Positions 1 to 11,657 of a DNA stretch of 64,000 nt are shown one piece after another (positions within the stretch are counted from its first letter, which is position 1; each line of letters begins with the position of its first letter). The position numbers and the translations under genes are program-made. Source of the stretch: an uncultured Nitrososphaerales archaeon (GTDB lineage Archaea > Thermoproteota > Nitrososphaeria > Nitrososphaerales > Nitrososphaeraceae); contig CAVPXM010000054.1 of the NCBI GenBank assembly GCA_963709405.1, forward strand, positions 1 to 64,000, written 5' to 3'. The notes under the pieces are model-generated. The model was not told the origin of the DNA. It saw only the letters and a list, made by a program, of their open reading frames with translations, and made no database searches.

Positions 1-90
1 TTAGACATAGATCGAGTCGACTGACTAACTCTCACATACACCTGGCAAGAACATGTTTGCAAATACATAAACCTGGCTCCTACGGATGGA

Positions 91-739
91 ATGATGCATA
101 ATTTGGCTAACAACATTAACAATAATCAGCAGCATCCTCCTCCTGATCTGACAAAATTTTTCTTAATTATCTCACTATTTGTCATAGCCATATCAATTCT
201 TCCGTTTATTCTACTATTGTTGCATCTGAATATGGTCTAAAAAAGGATGATTTGCAGACTCAGTCTCTCACACACTTACTCAAATCTACGGATTGGTTAA
301 ATGACTATGAGGAACAGAAATTGGGAGAAAAAATACTTCAGGCTGAAATAGATAATGTGAATATTACATTACAAAATAATAATAACAATTTTTCAACCTT
401 AGATGTTACTCACAATCAAATTAACTTTTTTCTGCATAAATACCGGTCATATATTGATACACTGCATGCTAACAGATCAGTTGAAGGTTCATTAGCAAAT
501 CTACGATATAAAGTCGAAGCTGAGAATAGTGCGTATGAAAAGTCTTTAGGCAATATTTCTGAAACTTCAAAGATTATAACCACATACGAGCTTGTAACTA
601 TACTGTTAATAGTGGGTGCAGGATTAGGCGGCATTTAGAAATTGCAAAGAATAAGATGATCGGATATGCAGGATTAACTATAGGTGGTATAGGAGTAATA
701 ATGTTGTTATTGTTCTTGTTTATTGGTGTAACTGTATAG
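91..739 (+). pseudogene. Disrupted membrane protein (hypothetical)
   Basis: Hydrophobic N-terminus from ATG ~91, stop at ~238, ORF 252..638, then a frameshifted hydrophobic tail (EIAKNKMIGYAGLTIGGIGVIMLLL). Confidence 0.45.
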
Positions 740-1197
740 CTTGCAAACTATTTCATACATCTACTACAGGCTTTCACACAGAAGAAATATTTCTTTGTTG
801 ATAAGGTATGCGTGAATTAATGGATTTATTGGGACACAGGAATTATCCTGAACCAGTATCATATTATAATAGAAGTATAATATCTGTCTTTCTAAACAGA
901 TTGTCCTAGAATTTACGTACAGCAAAAGCTGGACATTCATATATAGGGGATGGAATTTTCATTATTATCATAACTCGAAGTATTGCTTTAGAAGCCGACT
1001 ACGTTATTGGTCTGACATAGAGTATTCCACTTCCTCATAATCTACGATAACAGTTGGATCTGGTCTCGGATGAAGAAAAGAGTTCTATAGAACAAGCAAC
1101 ACATTTTGTAATGTTGGTAACTAATGATAATGACTATCGATAATGTGTTAGTCTTGATTTAATTCGATGCAGTATTCTATTTGTGTGCTAAATATCT

Positions 1198-1590
1198 TCA
1201 CGTTTGCATGTTATATGTATCAATTATATTGTCTATCCTTTCCAATAGATCCTCATTTGAGATAGGCCTTCGTATAAAATGGCTTGCGTCTACCGTAGAG
1301 AAAATGTCCGTATAAGCGCCGAAGTAAAATTCGCCGGTTGAAATAAAACAGATCTCGATCTTTTTATCTATTTGTCTTATTTCTCTAAATAACTGAAATC
1401 CATGAATAGTCCTTGTTCTAATTCCCAGGATCGCTAAATCGTAAAACTTTGGTTTGAAATTTGTCAATACTGTTAAAGGATCATCATGTAGCTCAACTTC
1501 AAATGCGTTTACCTCTAATAGTACCTTTAATACTAAATTGTCGTGATTTTCGTCATCTACTATGAGGATCCTGTTAGTTCTAATCCTTCC
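1198..1590 (-). CDS. Stand-alone response-regulator receiver domain, atypical
   Basis: Frame extends upstream of the track ORF to RILIVDDE; DLAILGIR replaces the usual DLAILDIR; start codon unclear. Confidence 0.7.
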   Translation of the reverse strand, partial: GRIRTNRILIVDDENHDNLVLKVLLEVNAFEVELHDDPLTVLTNFKPKFYDLAILGIRTRTIHGFQLFREIRQIDKKIEICFISTGEFYFGAYTDIFSTVDASHFIRRPISNEDLLERIDNIIDTYNMQT

Positions 1591-2353
1591 TTTTCTTATA
1601 TTTAATATAGTATTAATCAGATTTATGTCAAGATCGATTTGAGGCTGTTGTTATCCTCATCTTATTTCTAATCTTAATAAATGAAAGCTTCATTCTGGTT
1701 CTCTCGCATATTTCATTAAAATTTCGGATTGTAATGAGACTCCTGTTGACTCGAGTTCTAATCATGACTCTTCGGATAAGATGGTTTGATCCTCCTCGCA
1801 TTTGTAATCTGGTAAGATATAACGATGAGTTATGTGATATCAACTTGAGTAATATTCATCTGTTTCATGGACTAAGATTATACACGACCTAGATATGCAT
1901 TATTCGTATATGATCTATATCGGAAATAGGTATGCTTTTTATATCATGTTAACATTATTGTGATATTAAATTCACAAGGTTTCACATACATAAACGATAA
2001 GCTTTAATATCGCATGGATGCTAACATGCTCAACGTGGTTATTTGTGATATAGGTTTTATCGATTATCTTTACTACTATAATTTTTAAATCTGGATATTG
2101 AGTCCTGAAGTATAATGTAGATATAATTTTGGAATAGCATTCATAGTATCGATAATTAAGAAATCATAATACCATCCCCATTCATTATTATAAATGATAT
2201 GAAAATATTTGGATCGTTTTCATTCAGAACTTCGATTAGTAACAATTCCGTTGGATCCGATGTAGGAATGTGAGTATGATTATTGGATTATTTTTAGATA
2301 TGAATTGTGTCAGTATAAGTAATTTTAAATTAAAGTAAAATCACATCTCAGGT

Positions 2354-2650
2354 TCAAAACAATTTTCTTCCATCAAACCAGTACTTGAGACATTCAAGAT
2401 AACTCAGAGCCTTCATCTTACCTGGATGTGAGTTTACAGAAATATTTAGATAACTCAAAGCAGATTTTATACTATCTAAGTTTTGATGTTCTATTGAAAC
2501 TGAATATAGACTTTCTGGTTCACTTATTTTAGCTATTTCTATCGTAACATCCGCGCTTCCATCGTGATTGTTGTTATGCCATAGATATAGCTCTCTATCT
2601 TTTTTGACTGTGATTATCAGAATTTTTTTCAGCTTTGACGCCTCTGGCAA
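2354..2650 (-). CDS. Hypothetical protein
   Basis: 98-aa ORF co-oriented directly downstream of 2682..3194. Confidence 0.45.
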   Translation of the reverse strand: MPEASKLKKILIITVKKDRELYLWHNNNHDGSADVTIEIAKISEPESLYSVSIEHQNLDSIKSALSYLNISVNSHPGKMKALSYLECLKYWFDGRKLF

Positions 2651-2681
2651 AGTTTGTAAAATAGATAAGAATTTGTTCAGC

Positions 2682-3194
2682 TTATTTTTGCCAATCAGAG
2701 ATTTTCTTAATCAGTAGTTCGACATAACTTTCAGCAGTATGATCCATTGTTGGTCGCCCACCCTTTAATACCATGCCTGAAGGTACTTGTGGTACTTGGT
2801 CATTATATTTTATCTGTAATGCAGGGATAGATCTAAAGTATTTCATCAATTTCCTAGTTTCTTCTATCTTCCTTTCGCACTTTTCCCTCCCTTTATCTGT
2901 TAAACAAATATATTCTATGTCACCTTTACGTTCTATTTCTACTAATCCTTTATTCTTTAATTCTGTGTAGATCCTCTTGGCGCTCCTAGTTCTATCAAAA
3001 TCTAAGTGGAGTAAATCTGCAACCTTCTTCAATCCATAGTAGTTTAAACGAGTACAATTTTGTCTAAGATCGTTATCCTCATCATCATTCTTAACAATGT
3101 CCAAGGTTATTGTCGGCCAATAATATGACAATATATCTAAGAGCAACAAAGTAAGAAGCGTACGTAGCCTTCTCTCCACGCAGTGTTTTACCAT
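2682..3194 (-). CDS. Winged-helix DNA-binding protein (hypothetical)
   Basis: LKNKGLVEIERKG...YICLTDKGR winged-helix wing signature. Confidence 0.55.
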   Translation of the reverse strand: MVKHCVERRLRTLLTLLLLDILSYYWPTITLDIVKNDDEDNDLRQNCTRLNYYGLKKVADLLHLDFDRTRSAKRIYTELKNKGLVEIERKGDIEYICLTDKGREKCERKIEETRKLMKYFRSIPALQIKYNDQVPQVPSGMVLKGGRPTMDHTAESYVELLIKKISDWQK

Positions 3195-3362
3195 TTAATA
3201 AAAGATAGAGATCTCCGGTTATGTCTAAGATGTCATTCTTATCGATTGGGATACATCTCCGCGCTTGATATGTGGTTAGAAAGTCGATATAGATAAGTTC
3301 TTCTTTATCATGCAACTGGTTTACAACTAAAATGCAGCGATACACCATCCACTCCGAACCTA

Positions 3363-4172
3363 TTGAGTTCAAGATGTATCTTGCCTTATAGGTATCAAAT
3401 GGAAAAAGAATACGTAAATAGAATAAATGAATTAGACATGCCGTCCTACAAAAGGGTAGCGAATTTTTATACACCTGACACGTCAGTCTCTGGACACACA
3501 ATAAGATGGATTTTTATTGCATCAGCAGTCCTAACTTTAGAAACTTTAATGGCCACGGACACATCGTTCAATCCATTAATCCAAATGGGTTTTGCGGATG
3601 GGGAGACAAATAATACACTCCTAACATATCTGAACTCTACCTACGGTGTTACTATAAAATATCCATCCAATTGGGGAGTCCAAAGCGGGATTAACAAGCC
3701 CAGTGACACTGTCATCGATGTTGCAGATATCTCACCACCGATTGCTTTGGATCCCAATGCAGTTGCTAACTTCCAGATAGGTACAGAGAACTTGGAGCCA
3801 ACTGATACTAAAAATCTTGACCTATATCTACGAAATGCTATCAATGCGTATAGATTCAATGCAACAGACTTTCATATTGATTTAGCCACAACAGCAGACA
3901 CGCAGCTTGCAGGAAAACCCGCTTATGTTCTTGTATTTTCGGATACATTCAATGGCTTTCCAATGAAGACAATGGTGATGGGTAAATTTGATGATAAGCA
4001 TCCCAGTGACAATAACGGTAGATTCTACTATGTGCAATATACTGCTGAAGCATCAAGATATGACCAGTTACTTCCTGCAGTACACCAAATGATCAACTCA
4101 TTCGAATTGTCAGACTCTGCAGAGAATATCATGCATGTTACAAATACTACAGAGGTAGGGAGCTCTAGTTGA
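3363..4172 (+). CDS. PsbP-like domain exported protein
   Basis: TYLNSTYGVTIKYPSNW, LAGKPAY, YYVQY...LLPAVHQMINSF; true start may be later. Confidence 0.7.
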   Translation: MSSRCILPYRYQMEKEYVNRINELDMPSYKRVANFYTPDTSVSGHTIRWIFIASAVLTLETLMATDTSFNPLIQMGFADGETNNTLLTYLNSTYGVTIKYPSNWGVQSGINKPSDTVIDVADISPPIALDPNAVANFQIGTENLEPTDTKNLDLYLRNAINAYRFNATDFHIDLATTADTQLAGKPAYVLVFSDTFNGFPMKTMVMGKFDDKHPSDNNGRFYYVQYTAEASRYDQLLPAVHQMINSFELSDSAENIMHVTNTTEVGSSS

Positions 4173-4206
4173 GCTTGCATAGGGAAATGAAAGGGGGCGC
4201 AATTTA

Positions 4207-4587
4207 ATGAGAATACCTAGACCAATCTATCTTATCCTTGCAATTTCGATGCTGGCTTTTACTGAAGGCCATGCAGCGCAAGCTCAGACAACATCTGGAA
4301 TAGACTGGATGAGTATATGTAACACCGTTTCAGGAGCTCTAATGCAACCATGTAGTGCATATGTGAATTCAGATGAGACGTTATCAACGGAAGGTGAGAG
4401 AGCATTTGGGTGCATTAGAAATGGTGTGTTAATGGCTGGAGGGGCTATGACACTTGGAGTACCTACGCCCATCATAATTGGTGGGTTAAGAACGCTTGCT
4501 GACCAGACTGGCTGCGGTAATATTGTGAACTGGAACCTAGTGAGCTTGGGTGATCTAAAGTCACTACAGAATCTACTTCCACATTGA
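4207..4587 (+). CDS. Small secreted Cys-containing protein
   Basis: Signal peptide ending AAQA; four Cys in the mature part. Confidence 0.65.
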   Translation: MRIPRPIYLILAISMLAFTEGHAAQAQTTSGIDWMSICNTVSGALMQPCSAYVNSDETLSTEGERAFGCIRNGVLMAGGAMTLGVPTPIIIGGLRTLADQTGCGNIVNWNLVSLGDLKSLQNLLPH

Positions 4588-5197
4588 AATGGAGTGAGAA
4601 TGCTTAATGTCCCTTAAAATCGACTGGCAAGTTAAACCTTGCTCAGCTGGATTTAGAAACAGGCAGATCTTGAAACTTCATTCATCAAGGAGTACTAAAT
4701 ATATCGAAAACGTAAGGATGCAGAGAAGGCAAATGATATGTTGCACGAGGCTGGGCTGAAATGAGACGATGTGTAGACTGTAACGCTATAATAACCAGTA
4801 ATTCACATTACATGCGTATTGAAGAGTTATTAGGCAAACCTATGGAGAAATGCTTAAGTTGCTTTATCGACTTCTTAAGTTTTATCGAGTCCTTGAACGG
4901 GGCTAAGCGACTCACGGCATGAAGAAAGTCCAAATACATAGAAATCTGTACGTGAACAGAGATATAACAAATCTAAAAGTGCGCGCCGGCTACAAAAAAT
5001 ACAATGATTATAATAAAATATACTGCCTGGATTCTCAAAATTGCCTATTAGCAGTTCAAGGTCTTGGTAAATACAAAATAAGGTTCACGATGCCACAGTA
5101 TAACTATAGCGAGATACTATCACTCAGTCTTGAAACAGCATTAACTAATCTGGAAAGTGGAGGAGGCAAAGTTCTCTTAGAGGAGATTGAACTCTAG

Positions 5198-5632
5198 ATG
5201 AACAACAATATATTTGCAGCAATGGTGTAGCTATCTTGGTCTTTACTACATTCACATCTAGCACTTTTGCACACGTATCAGATCAGCAACGCTTTAACGA
5301 TCGATATAACGCTGGCCAGAACTATGCAGCCTGTGATTATAACAATTGTGATGAGAGCTCATGGTTATGACACAGGTTGCCCAAATGATAAAAAGCACAC
5401 CTATGAATTCTGTCAAGGGTATTCACTTGGTTATAAGGCTGAGTGGGATTCATTAGCAGGTGAAACGTCATCGCAGCAACAGCAGTCTCAAAGCCAAGCT
5501 CAAGTACAAGATGGATCTAATGTCCGTGTTGATGGCAGTCACAATAACGTAATCATAGCCCCTAGACAGAGTCAGGAGCAGTCATCATCAAGTAGTGAAT
5601 CGCATTCTGGCAACGCCGATTATAGTAAGTAG
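5198..5632 (+). pseudogene. Frameshifted secreted protein with C-x5-H-x4-C-x2-Y-x2-GY-x3-W motif
   Basis: Signal peptide from ATG 5198 and the YNAGQNYAACD segment lie in other frames than GCPNDKKHTYEFCQGYSLGY. Confidence 0.5.
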
Positions 5633-5656
5633 ATGTGGGAATGTGAATAGGAACAA

Positions 5657-5903
5657 TTGAAAAAATTAGTAGTAACTAACCTAGCATTAGCCATGACTCT
5701 TGCATTAGCGATCTTATTCCAAGTCAATGCCGCACCAGCTGAGATCAAATGCCAATAATCAAGGATATTGGGATGCACAAAATGCGTATATGGATTGAGG
5801 AAATTTTGATGACTTTTGCAGCTTCGACCATTCTGATACCTATTGCTTTGATTACAAATTAGGCTATCGTGTAGGATGGACTGCGGCACAACTACTTCAT
5901 TAA
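5657..5903 (+). pseudogene. Degenerate paralogue of the preceding secreted protein
   Basis: Signal peptide, stop, then CSFDHSDTYCFDYKLGYRVGW from 5817. Confidence 0.4.
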
Positions 5904-6419
5904 ACGGAGAAATGAATAGGGAATTTCACCGAGAAAACTTGGGAATGGAAGTAGCTGGTTAGGCTCCTAGAAGGCGCGTAAGTCAGAGCAAGAAGTCAGG
6001 GCAGTCGCTGAAATTGTAGGTAATATGCGATCTGTTCTTAATTAGGAATAATACATTAACTAACCAGGATCTGATCATCTTCTAAACAATTCTTATCTAT
6101 AGCATGTAGTAACTGGCGCGCGCCCATAACTAACTGACATACAAAGTGTTATGTGATAATGTCCATTTATCATATTCTATACAGATAATGTCCCATTTTG
6201 GAAAATATGTCGACTTTCGGTTTTAATCATCTAGCTCCACGTAGATTAGAACGCACGACTAAGAGCGACGATCCTAGCTGGCGGACCACGATAGCTGAAT
6301 TCTAACTTATTAGCTTAAAATTAAAAGCAATATAATCAAGTCTTGAAGTCAGAAATAGATCTGGAGCCTCTGTCAGAGATATATAAAAATACTTTTGTGC
6401 TTTTATTATAATATTTCTC

Positions 6420-7072
6420 ATGGTTCAAATAGGTTCTCGCGCTTCCGAGAATACAAAGGAGATATATCAGTTTGAGAACTTGAGTAGACAGTTTTTAGAA
6501 GTTATTTCGGCAACTCAAGAAAAAGCTGATTTTTGTATAGATTACAGAGGATTATCTGTTCTAATGACTAATGAATCTTTGTTGAAGGTCACAATCGGGT
6601 TGGTAAATAAAGGCATAAGACTAAGATTCATCACCAAACTCACTCAAGAAAATATTTCATACTGCAAGCTGCTCATGAAATATAGCGTTAAAGGTCGATA
6701 CTAGATGGAAGCAAATATATGTTTTATGTGGTAAATAGCGAAGAAGAAAAACAAAAACAAGACCAAAAACAAATTATAGAGCAAATCTTATACAATGAAG
6801 TTAAACCATTTGTAGATGCTCAGCAGTATTTGTTTGACAATCTTTGTAGTAATGCCATTCATGCCAAAGAGAAGATAAGAAACATTGAAAGAGGAATTAG
6901 GGGCGATTTTATCGATACTCTCCAGAATCACTCTGAAATTCAAAAAATTGCCATGAGTCTTTTAGAATCAGCAAGCTATGAAATACTCATGTTATTTTCT
7001 ACAATTAATTCATTTAGTCGTGCAGATTACAGTGGAATACTAAACTCTTTGTGGCAAGCATCGCAGCGCTGA
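6420..7072 (+). pseudogene. N-terminal sensor region of a Nitrososphaera-type histidine kinase, split and truncated
   Basis: KGIRLRFITKLTQENISYCK and FVDAQQYLFDNL...AIHAKEKI motifs in two ORFs; no kinase domain follows. Confidence 0.6.
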
Positions 7073-7778
7073 ATTGATCGTCAAAGTAGCCGAATGTAAA
7101 AAGTCACAAAAGCAAACACAATGATTTATGTTGGTTCAAATCTCTGGCCAGCGTTAACAGAATAGTAGGTTAAAGACTTTCATAGTTAATACCCTAGCAA
7201 GATATTATGTGCAATTTTTAACTTATCGTTTAGATTCATTGATGAAGGAATTGTAACAAAAGAGACTAGATTGCAAGTAGTTAGATGGAACTTCTAGAGG
7301 TACTCAAACCAAATTCAAACGACTACTATTTATAGCATTTAAAATGAGGCACAGCAGATTTAAATTTTCAAGTAATGTTGTGGAGATGATCTGTAGCTAA
7401 TTATGACAGATACCTTGGAGATGCTGTCTGAATAATTCTTATCTATATAATGCATTATTTGGGGCGCCTCATGATAGAAATGCACTTGAATTTTAGGCGT
7501 CATAAGCAGACATTGTACTATAAATCAAATCTCCCATTTTAGAAATGCCTTTAGACAATGAAGGAGAGGGAGCAGTAGGACTTGTCACATATTCAATAGA
7601 GAATAATTTCTGAATTTGTGCACTATTCGCATGAATAAGATGAGTAAATCTTTGCTTTGCAGATTTACAGTAATTTGTAGAGAACAAGTGCAGACAATTA
7701 TTGCTACGCAGAAAAATAGAGTGTGTACTTATCTACCTTTTGATAAATCCCCCAATATGAGAATTGTCGTTTGGGCCA

Positions 7779-8105
7779 TTAATACCGTGTATTCCTATAG
7801 CTCCTGAATTGGATTTGACTCCGCCTGCTGCCTACAGTTCCACCATTTTCACCTGTACATTTTCCACCTGCAAACTTTAATGTACCTAGAGCTGTTTCAG
7901 TGTTTGCAGTTCCCTTCTTAGATTGACAATTTATGTCGTTTGTATTTGGGGTTATTGTTCTAGCAGCACTTTTTGTTGTTGTTACTGCAGATGCAGCATC
8001 TACTCTTTGTCCTACTGACGCCATTGTTACTAGTATTATGATGATCGTTGATACCGCTAGTATGCTATGAATCAGAGCTTTTGAATCTGGCATGAAGCAT
8101 TTCAA
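7779..8105 (-). CDS. Small secreted hypothetical protein
   Basis: Hydrophobic signal segment followed by a Thr/Ala-rich region. Confidence 0.45.
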   Translation of the reverse strand: MKCFMPDSKALIHSILAVSTIIIILVTMASVGQRVDAASAVTTTKSAARTITPNTNDINCQSKKGTANTETALGTLKFAGGKCTGENGGTVGSRRSQIQFRSYRNTRY

Positions 8106-8171
8106 GAGTTACCAGATGATGAAACTAGGAATTATTGTCTATATTGGCTAAAATTAGGAATAGAGGCATTA

Positions 8172-8405
8172 ATGGAAACTACACCACCAAGGAATATTAA
8201 AGACTTTGAGGAATTGAGATATGATTTACGAAATAATTATGATATGTTGGCATTAGAAGGCAAGTGTTCAAATTGCCATCCCTCAGCTGTACCGATAAAG
8301 ATAATAGAATATATGAATAGAGTAAGTCCTTCGTCAGACAATTTCATAGTTGCTAAATGTACAGTCTGCCATCAGAACCGTCAAATAGAACTTCCTATGC
8401 TTTGA
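8172..8405 (+). CDS. Small CxxC...CxxC zinc-finger protein
   Basis: KCSNC and KCTVC. Confidence 0.6.
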   Translation: METTPPRNIKDFEELRYDLRNNYDMLALEGKCSNCHPSAVPIKIIEYMNRVSPSSDNFIVAKCTVCHQNRQIELPML

Positions 8406-8525
8406 AGTACATGTGTAAGCTAACCACATGTTTCATAAATATTAATAATGTACTCTTCTTCAGCTGAAACAATATCAATAATCATTTTATTTGACTGCAT
8501 GTTATATGGATATGACTAAAATACT

Positions 8526-9668
8526 GTGAAAGAGTTACGAAGTATAAGCGCGATATTTGGAAGGGATAGTGGACAGTACGATGAAAGTGCTCTTCTTTAT
8601 CGAGACATCTTGGTTTATCCTATTAAAAATGCTAGGGAGAATGGAAATGATGCTGTACAAAATAGTAATAAAAATGCTGGTTCTATTACCTTTACGAGAT
8701 GGCAGATTGCTAAATGGTTAAGATCTAATCATAGTACATATGTAACTAGGTATGAAAATGGTCCATTACGCTCACCAACTGAGGAACTTGTGAGTATACA
8801 GAACACAATAAAGAGAAATATATATAGACTGGTCGAAATCGAATTATTGCAAGTAGTAGGCGAGGAAAAGATTCAGAAGGGGACTGGCACTACTCCCATC
8901 TACAAACATACAATATTTGGACTCTTTATTGCGTGGATCATCGAGTATCAGAATATTTACTATACAGAAATACGTGATATAGAGAAGGATCGAAATAGAA
9001 GGAAGATTGCTGCTGATGAAATATATAATGTGCTACAAGGTATATTAAAAAAGGGATATAGAACTGCCCCATCAACTTCTGTACTGTATTCTAAATTCTT
9101 TGAAATCTGTAAGGAACAAAATCTATTTGGCAACCTTATTCAATTAATGAATGTGATACTTCTCTTAGAAGACGACATAATCACAATGGAAAATTTTATA
9201 CACAGACTAATGGAATTTGATTTCAAGAATTCTGAAAATAGTAAGCTATTGTTTCATCTCATCTTATGGAATAGTTCATTGAATGCCCTTGATGAGCGTA
9301 CAAGAAATGTATTTCTGTATAACGTGAAGTTGGGTATTGAAAGAAAAGTAGAAGAAGAGCTAAATAATGTTGGCGGTTATGAGAGACTAAGGTTAACAGC
9401 ACTTCAACATTCAGAGATACTGGTTGTAATTGAAAGCAAGTGTACAAAATGTCCATTTTATATTCCTGCGGCATTGGAAGTTCCAATATACAAAAAGAGG
9501 ATGATATTAGCAAATATCGATTCTTCGAAATTATCTGGTCTAGCACTTCAAGTTTACAGGCAGGAAATGAGAGATACCTGTTTTGATATGGATCCTTCGA
9601 TATTACAGGCAAAATGTCCAGGCTGTAACACGAATAACTCTCTAAAGATACCGTTCTTTATTAACTGA
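8526..9668 (+). CDS. Hypothetical protein with wHTH-like N-terminus and C-terminal CxxC...CxxC
   Basis: 380-aa ORF; FTRWQIAKWL, LVEIELLQVVG...PIYKHT; KCTKC and KCPGC. Confidence 0.7.
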   Translation: MKELRSISAIFGRDSGQYDESALLYRDILVYPIKNARENGNDAVQNSNKNAGSITFTRWQIAKWLRSNHSTYVTRYENGPLRSPTEELVSIQNTIKRNIYRLVEIELLQVVGEEKIQKGTGTTPIYKHTIFGLFIAWIIEYQNIYYTEIRDIEKDRNRRKIAADEIYNVLQGILKKGYRTAPSTSVLYSKFFEICKEQNLFGNLIQLMNVILLLEDDIITMENFIHRLMEFDFKNSENSKLLFHLILWNSSLNALDERTRNVFLYNVKLGIERKVEEELNNVGGYERLRLTALQHSEILVVIESKCTKCPFYIPAALEVPIYKKRMILANIDSSKLSGLALQVYRQEMRDTCFDMDPSILQAKCPGCNTNNSLKIPFFIN

Positions 9669-9874
9669 AATTCGGATGTTCCACGAACTTAGGATAGAGG
9701 AATGTAACCTAAAATTGCCCCAATTATGACCTATACTAAATTATGACCAGTCTTGCATTATTGAAACCTGATCATTAGCATGAACTATACCTGATTAATT
9801 GCACACCACTTTATAGTGTTTAATGCATTCTCAATAAAGAAATTGTGATTCTGTCTTGGCGGCGGACACTGTTC

Positions 9875-10495
9875 TTACTTTACTTTATCAAAACGAGATG
9901 CGGCATCATCCCAGTTTACAACATTCCACCAAGCAGAAATATAGTCAGGCCTTTTGTTCTGATATTTGAGGTAATAGGCATGTTCCCATACGTCACATCC
10001 TAGGAGTGGGACTAAACCTTCTGTTCTTGGGCTTGTTTGATTTGGCATTGCCTTGTATTCTACTTTCTTGGCAGATGGGTTATAGACTAGCCATCCCCAA
10101 CCACTGCCTTGAATCAATGCTGTGGTAGAAGAGAATTTCTCCTTAAAGTCTGAAAAACTTCCAAAGGATGTGTTAATCGCATCAGCAATAGATCCGCCTG
10201 GTTGTCCGCCACCATTTTGTTTCATGTTGTTCCAAAATATTCTATGGTTATCAAATCCTCCACCGTTAAAGTTTATCGCACCTTTTTGATCTGCTGGAAC
10301 TTGATCAAGACTTGATAATATTTCTACGACGTCTTTTTCTTGAATTTCAGGAGAACATTTTTCAAGCGCTGCGTTAAGCTTGTCTGTATAAGTTTGATGA
10401 TGCTTTGTATGGTGTATCTCCATAGTTCTTGCATCAATATGTGGTTCTAAGGCATCGTAGGCGTACGGTAATGGGGGTAATTCATATTTTTTCAT
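9875..10495 (-). CDS. sod: Fe/Mn superoxide dismutase
   Basis: LPYAYDALEPHI, HHTKHHQTY, GSGWGWL, DVWEHAYY. Confidence 0.97.
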   Translation of the reverse strand: MKKYELPPLPYAYDALEPHIDARTMEIHHTKHHQTYTDKLNAALEKCSPEIQEKDVVEILSSLDQVPADQKGAINFNGGGFDNHRIFWNNMKQNGGGQPGGSIADAINTSFGSFSDFKEKFSSTTALIQGSGWGWLVYNPSAKKVEYKAMPNQTSPRTEGLVPLLGCDVWEHAYYLKYQNKRPDYISAWWNVVNWDDAASRFDKVK

Positions 10496-10728
10496 AGTTG
10501 ATAGAAAGCCATAGCCATAAATAAGTATGATGTTTACAAATCATATAATTTAAAGGGTCTTTATTTCGAAATCTCACTATTTTCACAACTAAATGAAGAA
10601 GAACTGAAAATCCATCAACACAATGAGGAATTAACTGTGCCCTCGTTCTAAGGATTTATGTTCTAGTGTCATTTATTTGTCTTACTGAAAATTGAAAGGA
10701 AGCCAGACGCTTGGCTGCTATAACTAAA

Positions 10729-11657
10729 GGTAATACCCAAGAACTTGGAACAGATAATAAGGGATAATTTCTAGTGCCCTATTCGTGATGCGTGCTTGAA
10801 TCTAGTCCTATAGAACTCGCTGGAAGTGTGACAAAAAGCCGCGTATATTTGCGTCATGCTAGATGGAAAGGAAGGAGACGATGTCCAAGATGTGGATATC
10901 GATTGTTGTACCATCTTAAAGATAAGAGGTTTGGATGCAAACGTTGCAGATACAAATTTGGAGAGTTGACAGGAACTTATCTTGGAGAGTTTTATTTCCC
11001 ACTTGATATACTAGTGCACCTCCTCTATCTCTATGCTCTTGGAGTACCAGTGTACAGAATCCGATTTTATGTTCCACTTAGCTTGGTCACAATAGAGAGA
11101 ACATTCAGAGTATTCAGACAATCAATCTACAATGAATCACTTCAGAAATTAAAGGAGCTGAAGAAGCTGTCAGGAGAAATAGAAATAGACGAAGCATTAT
11201 TTGGTGGACATAGGAAAGGAAAACGCGGATGGGGTGCAGAAGATAAAAGCCTGGTATTTGGAATATATCAGAGGAATGGCAAGGTCATCACATTTCCTGT
11301 ATCTGACAGAATACATGATACATTAATTCCATTAATTAAACTCCATACTAAGAAGGGTTCCTTGTATTATACCGATGACCATACTGCATATGCTTCATTA
11401 GATCTAATCGGAAAACATCAGATAATTGCTCATCGAATGGAAGAATATGTACGTGAAGATACTAGTCATATCAATGGTAATGAAGGATTCTGGAGTTATG
11501 CAAAGACCTGGTTGTATCATTATCGAGGAGTACCCAAACAGTACTTTCACCTGTACCTTAAAGAAATAGAATTTAGATTCAACCATAGGAACGAAGATAT
11601 CTTCCGGTTACTAGCTAAAATAATGGTAAGAACTGTTCCAACTTCTTAGGTATTACC
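10729..11657 (+). mobile_element. IS1595-family element, apparently intact
   Basis: 25-bp TIRs ggtaatacccaagaacttggaacag / ctgttccaacttcttaggtattacc (2 mismatches); 8-bp TSD TAACTAAA at 10721-10728 and 11658-11665. Confidence 0.93.
10792..11649 (+). CDS. IS1595-family DDE transposase
   Basis: CPRC...CKRC Zn ribbon, EIDE, YTDD, HINGNEGFWS, YLKEIEFRFN. Confidence 0.93.
   Translation: MLESSPIELAGSVTKSRVYLRHARWKGRRRCPRCGYRLLYHLKDKRFGCKRCRYKFGELTGTYLGEFYFPLDILVHLLYLYALGVPVYRIRFYVPLSLVTIERTFRVFRQSIYNESLQKLKELKKLSGEIEIDEALFGGHRKGKRGWGAEDKSLVFGIYQRNGKVITFPVSDRIHDTLIPLIKLHTKKGSLYYTDDHTAYASLDLIGKHQIIAHRMEEYVREDTSHINGNEGFWSYAKTWLYHYRGVPKQYFHLYLKEIEFRFNHRNEDIFRLLAKIMVRTVPTS

Noticed and set aside
6230-6300. 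GC-richer intergenic patches (also ~60421-60490 and ~62425-62460)
   Set aside because: No recognisable RNA structure or coding motif could be assigned by eye
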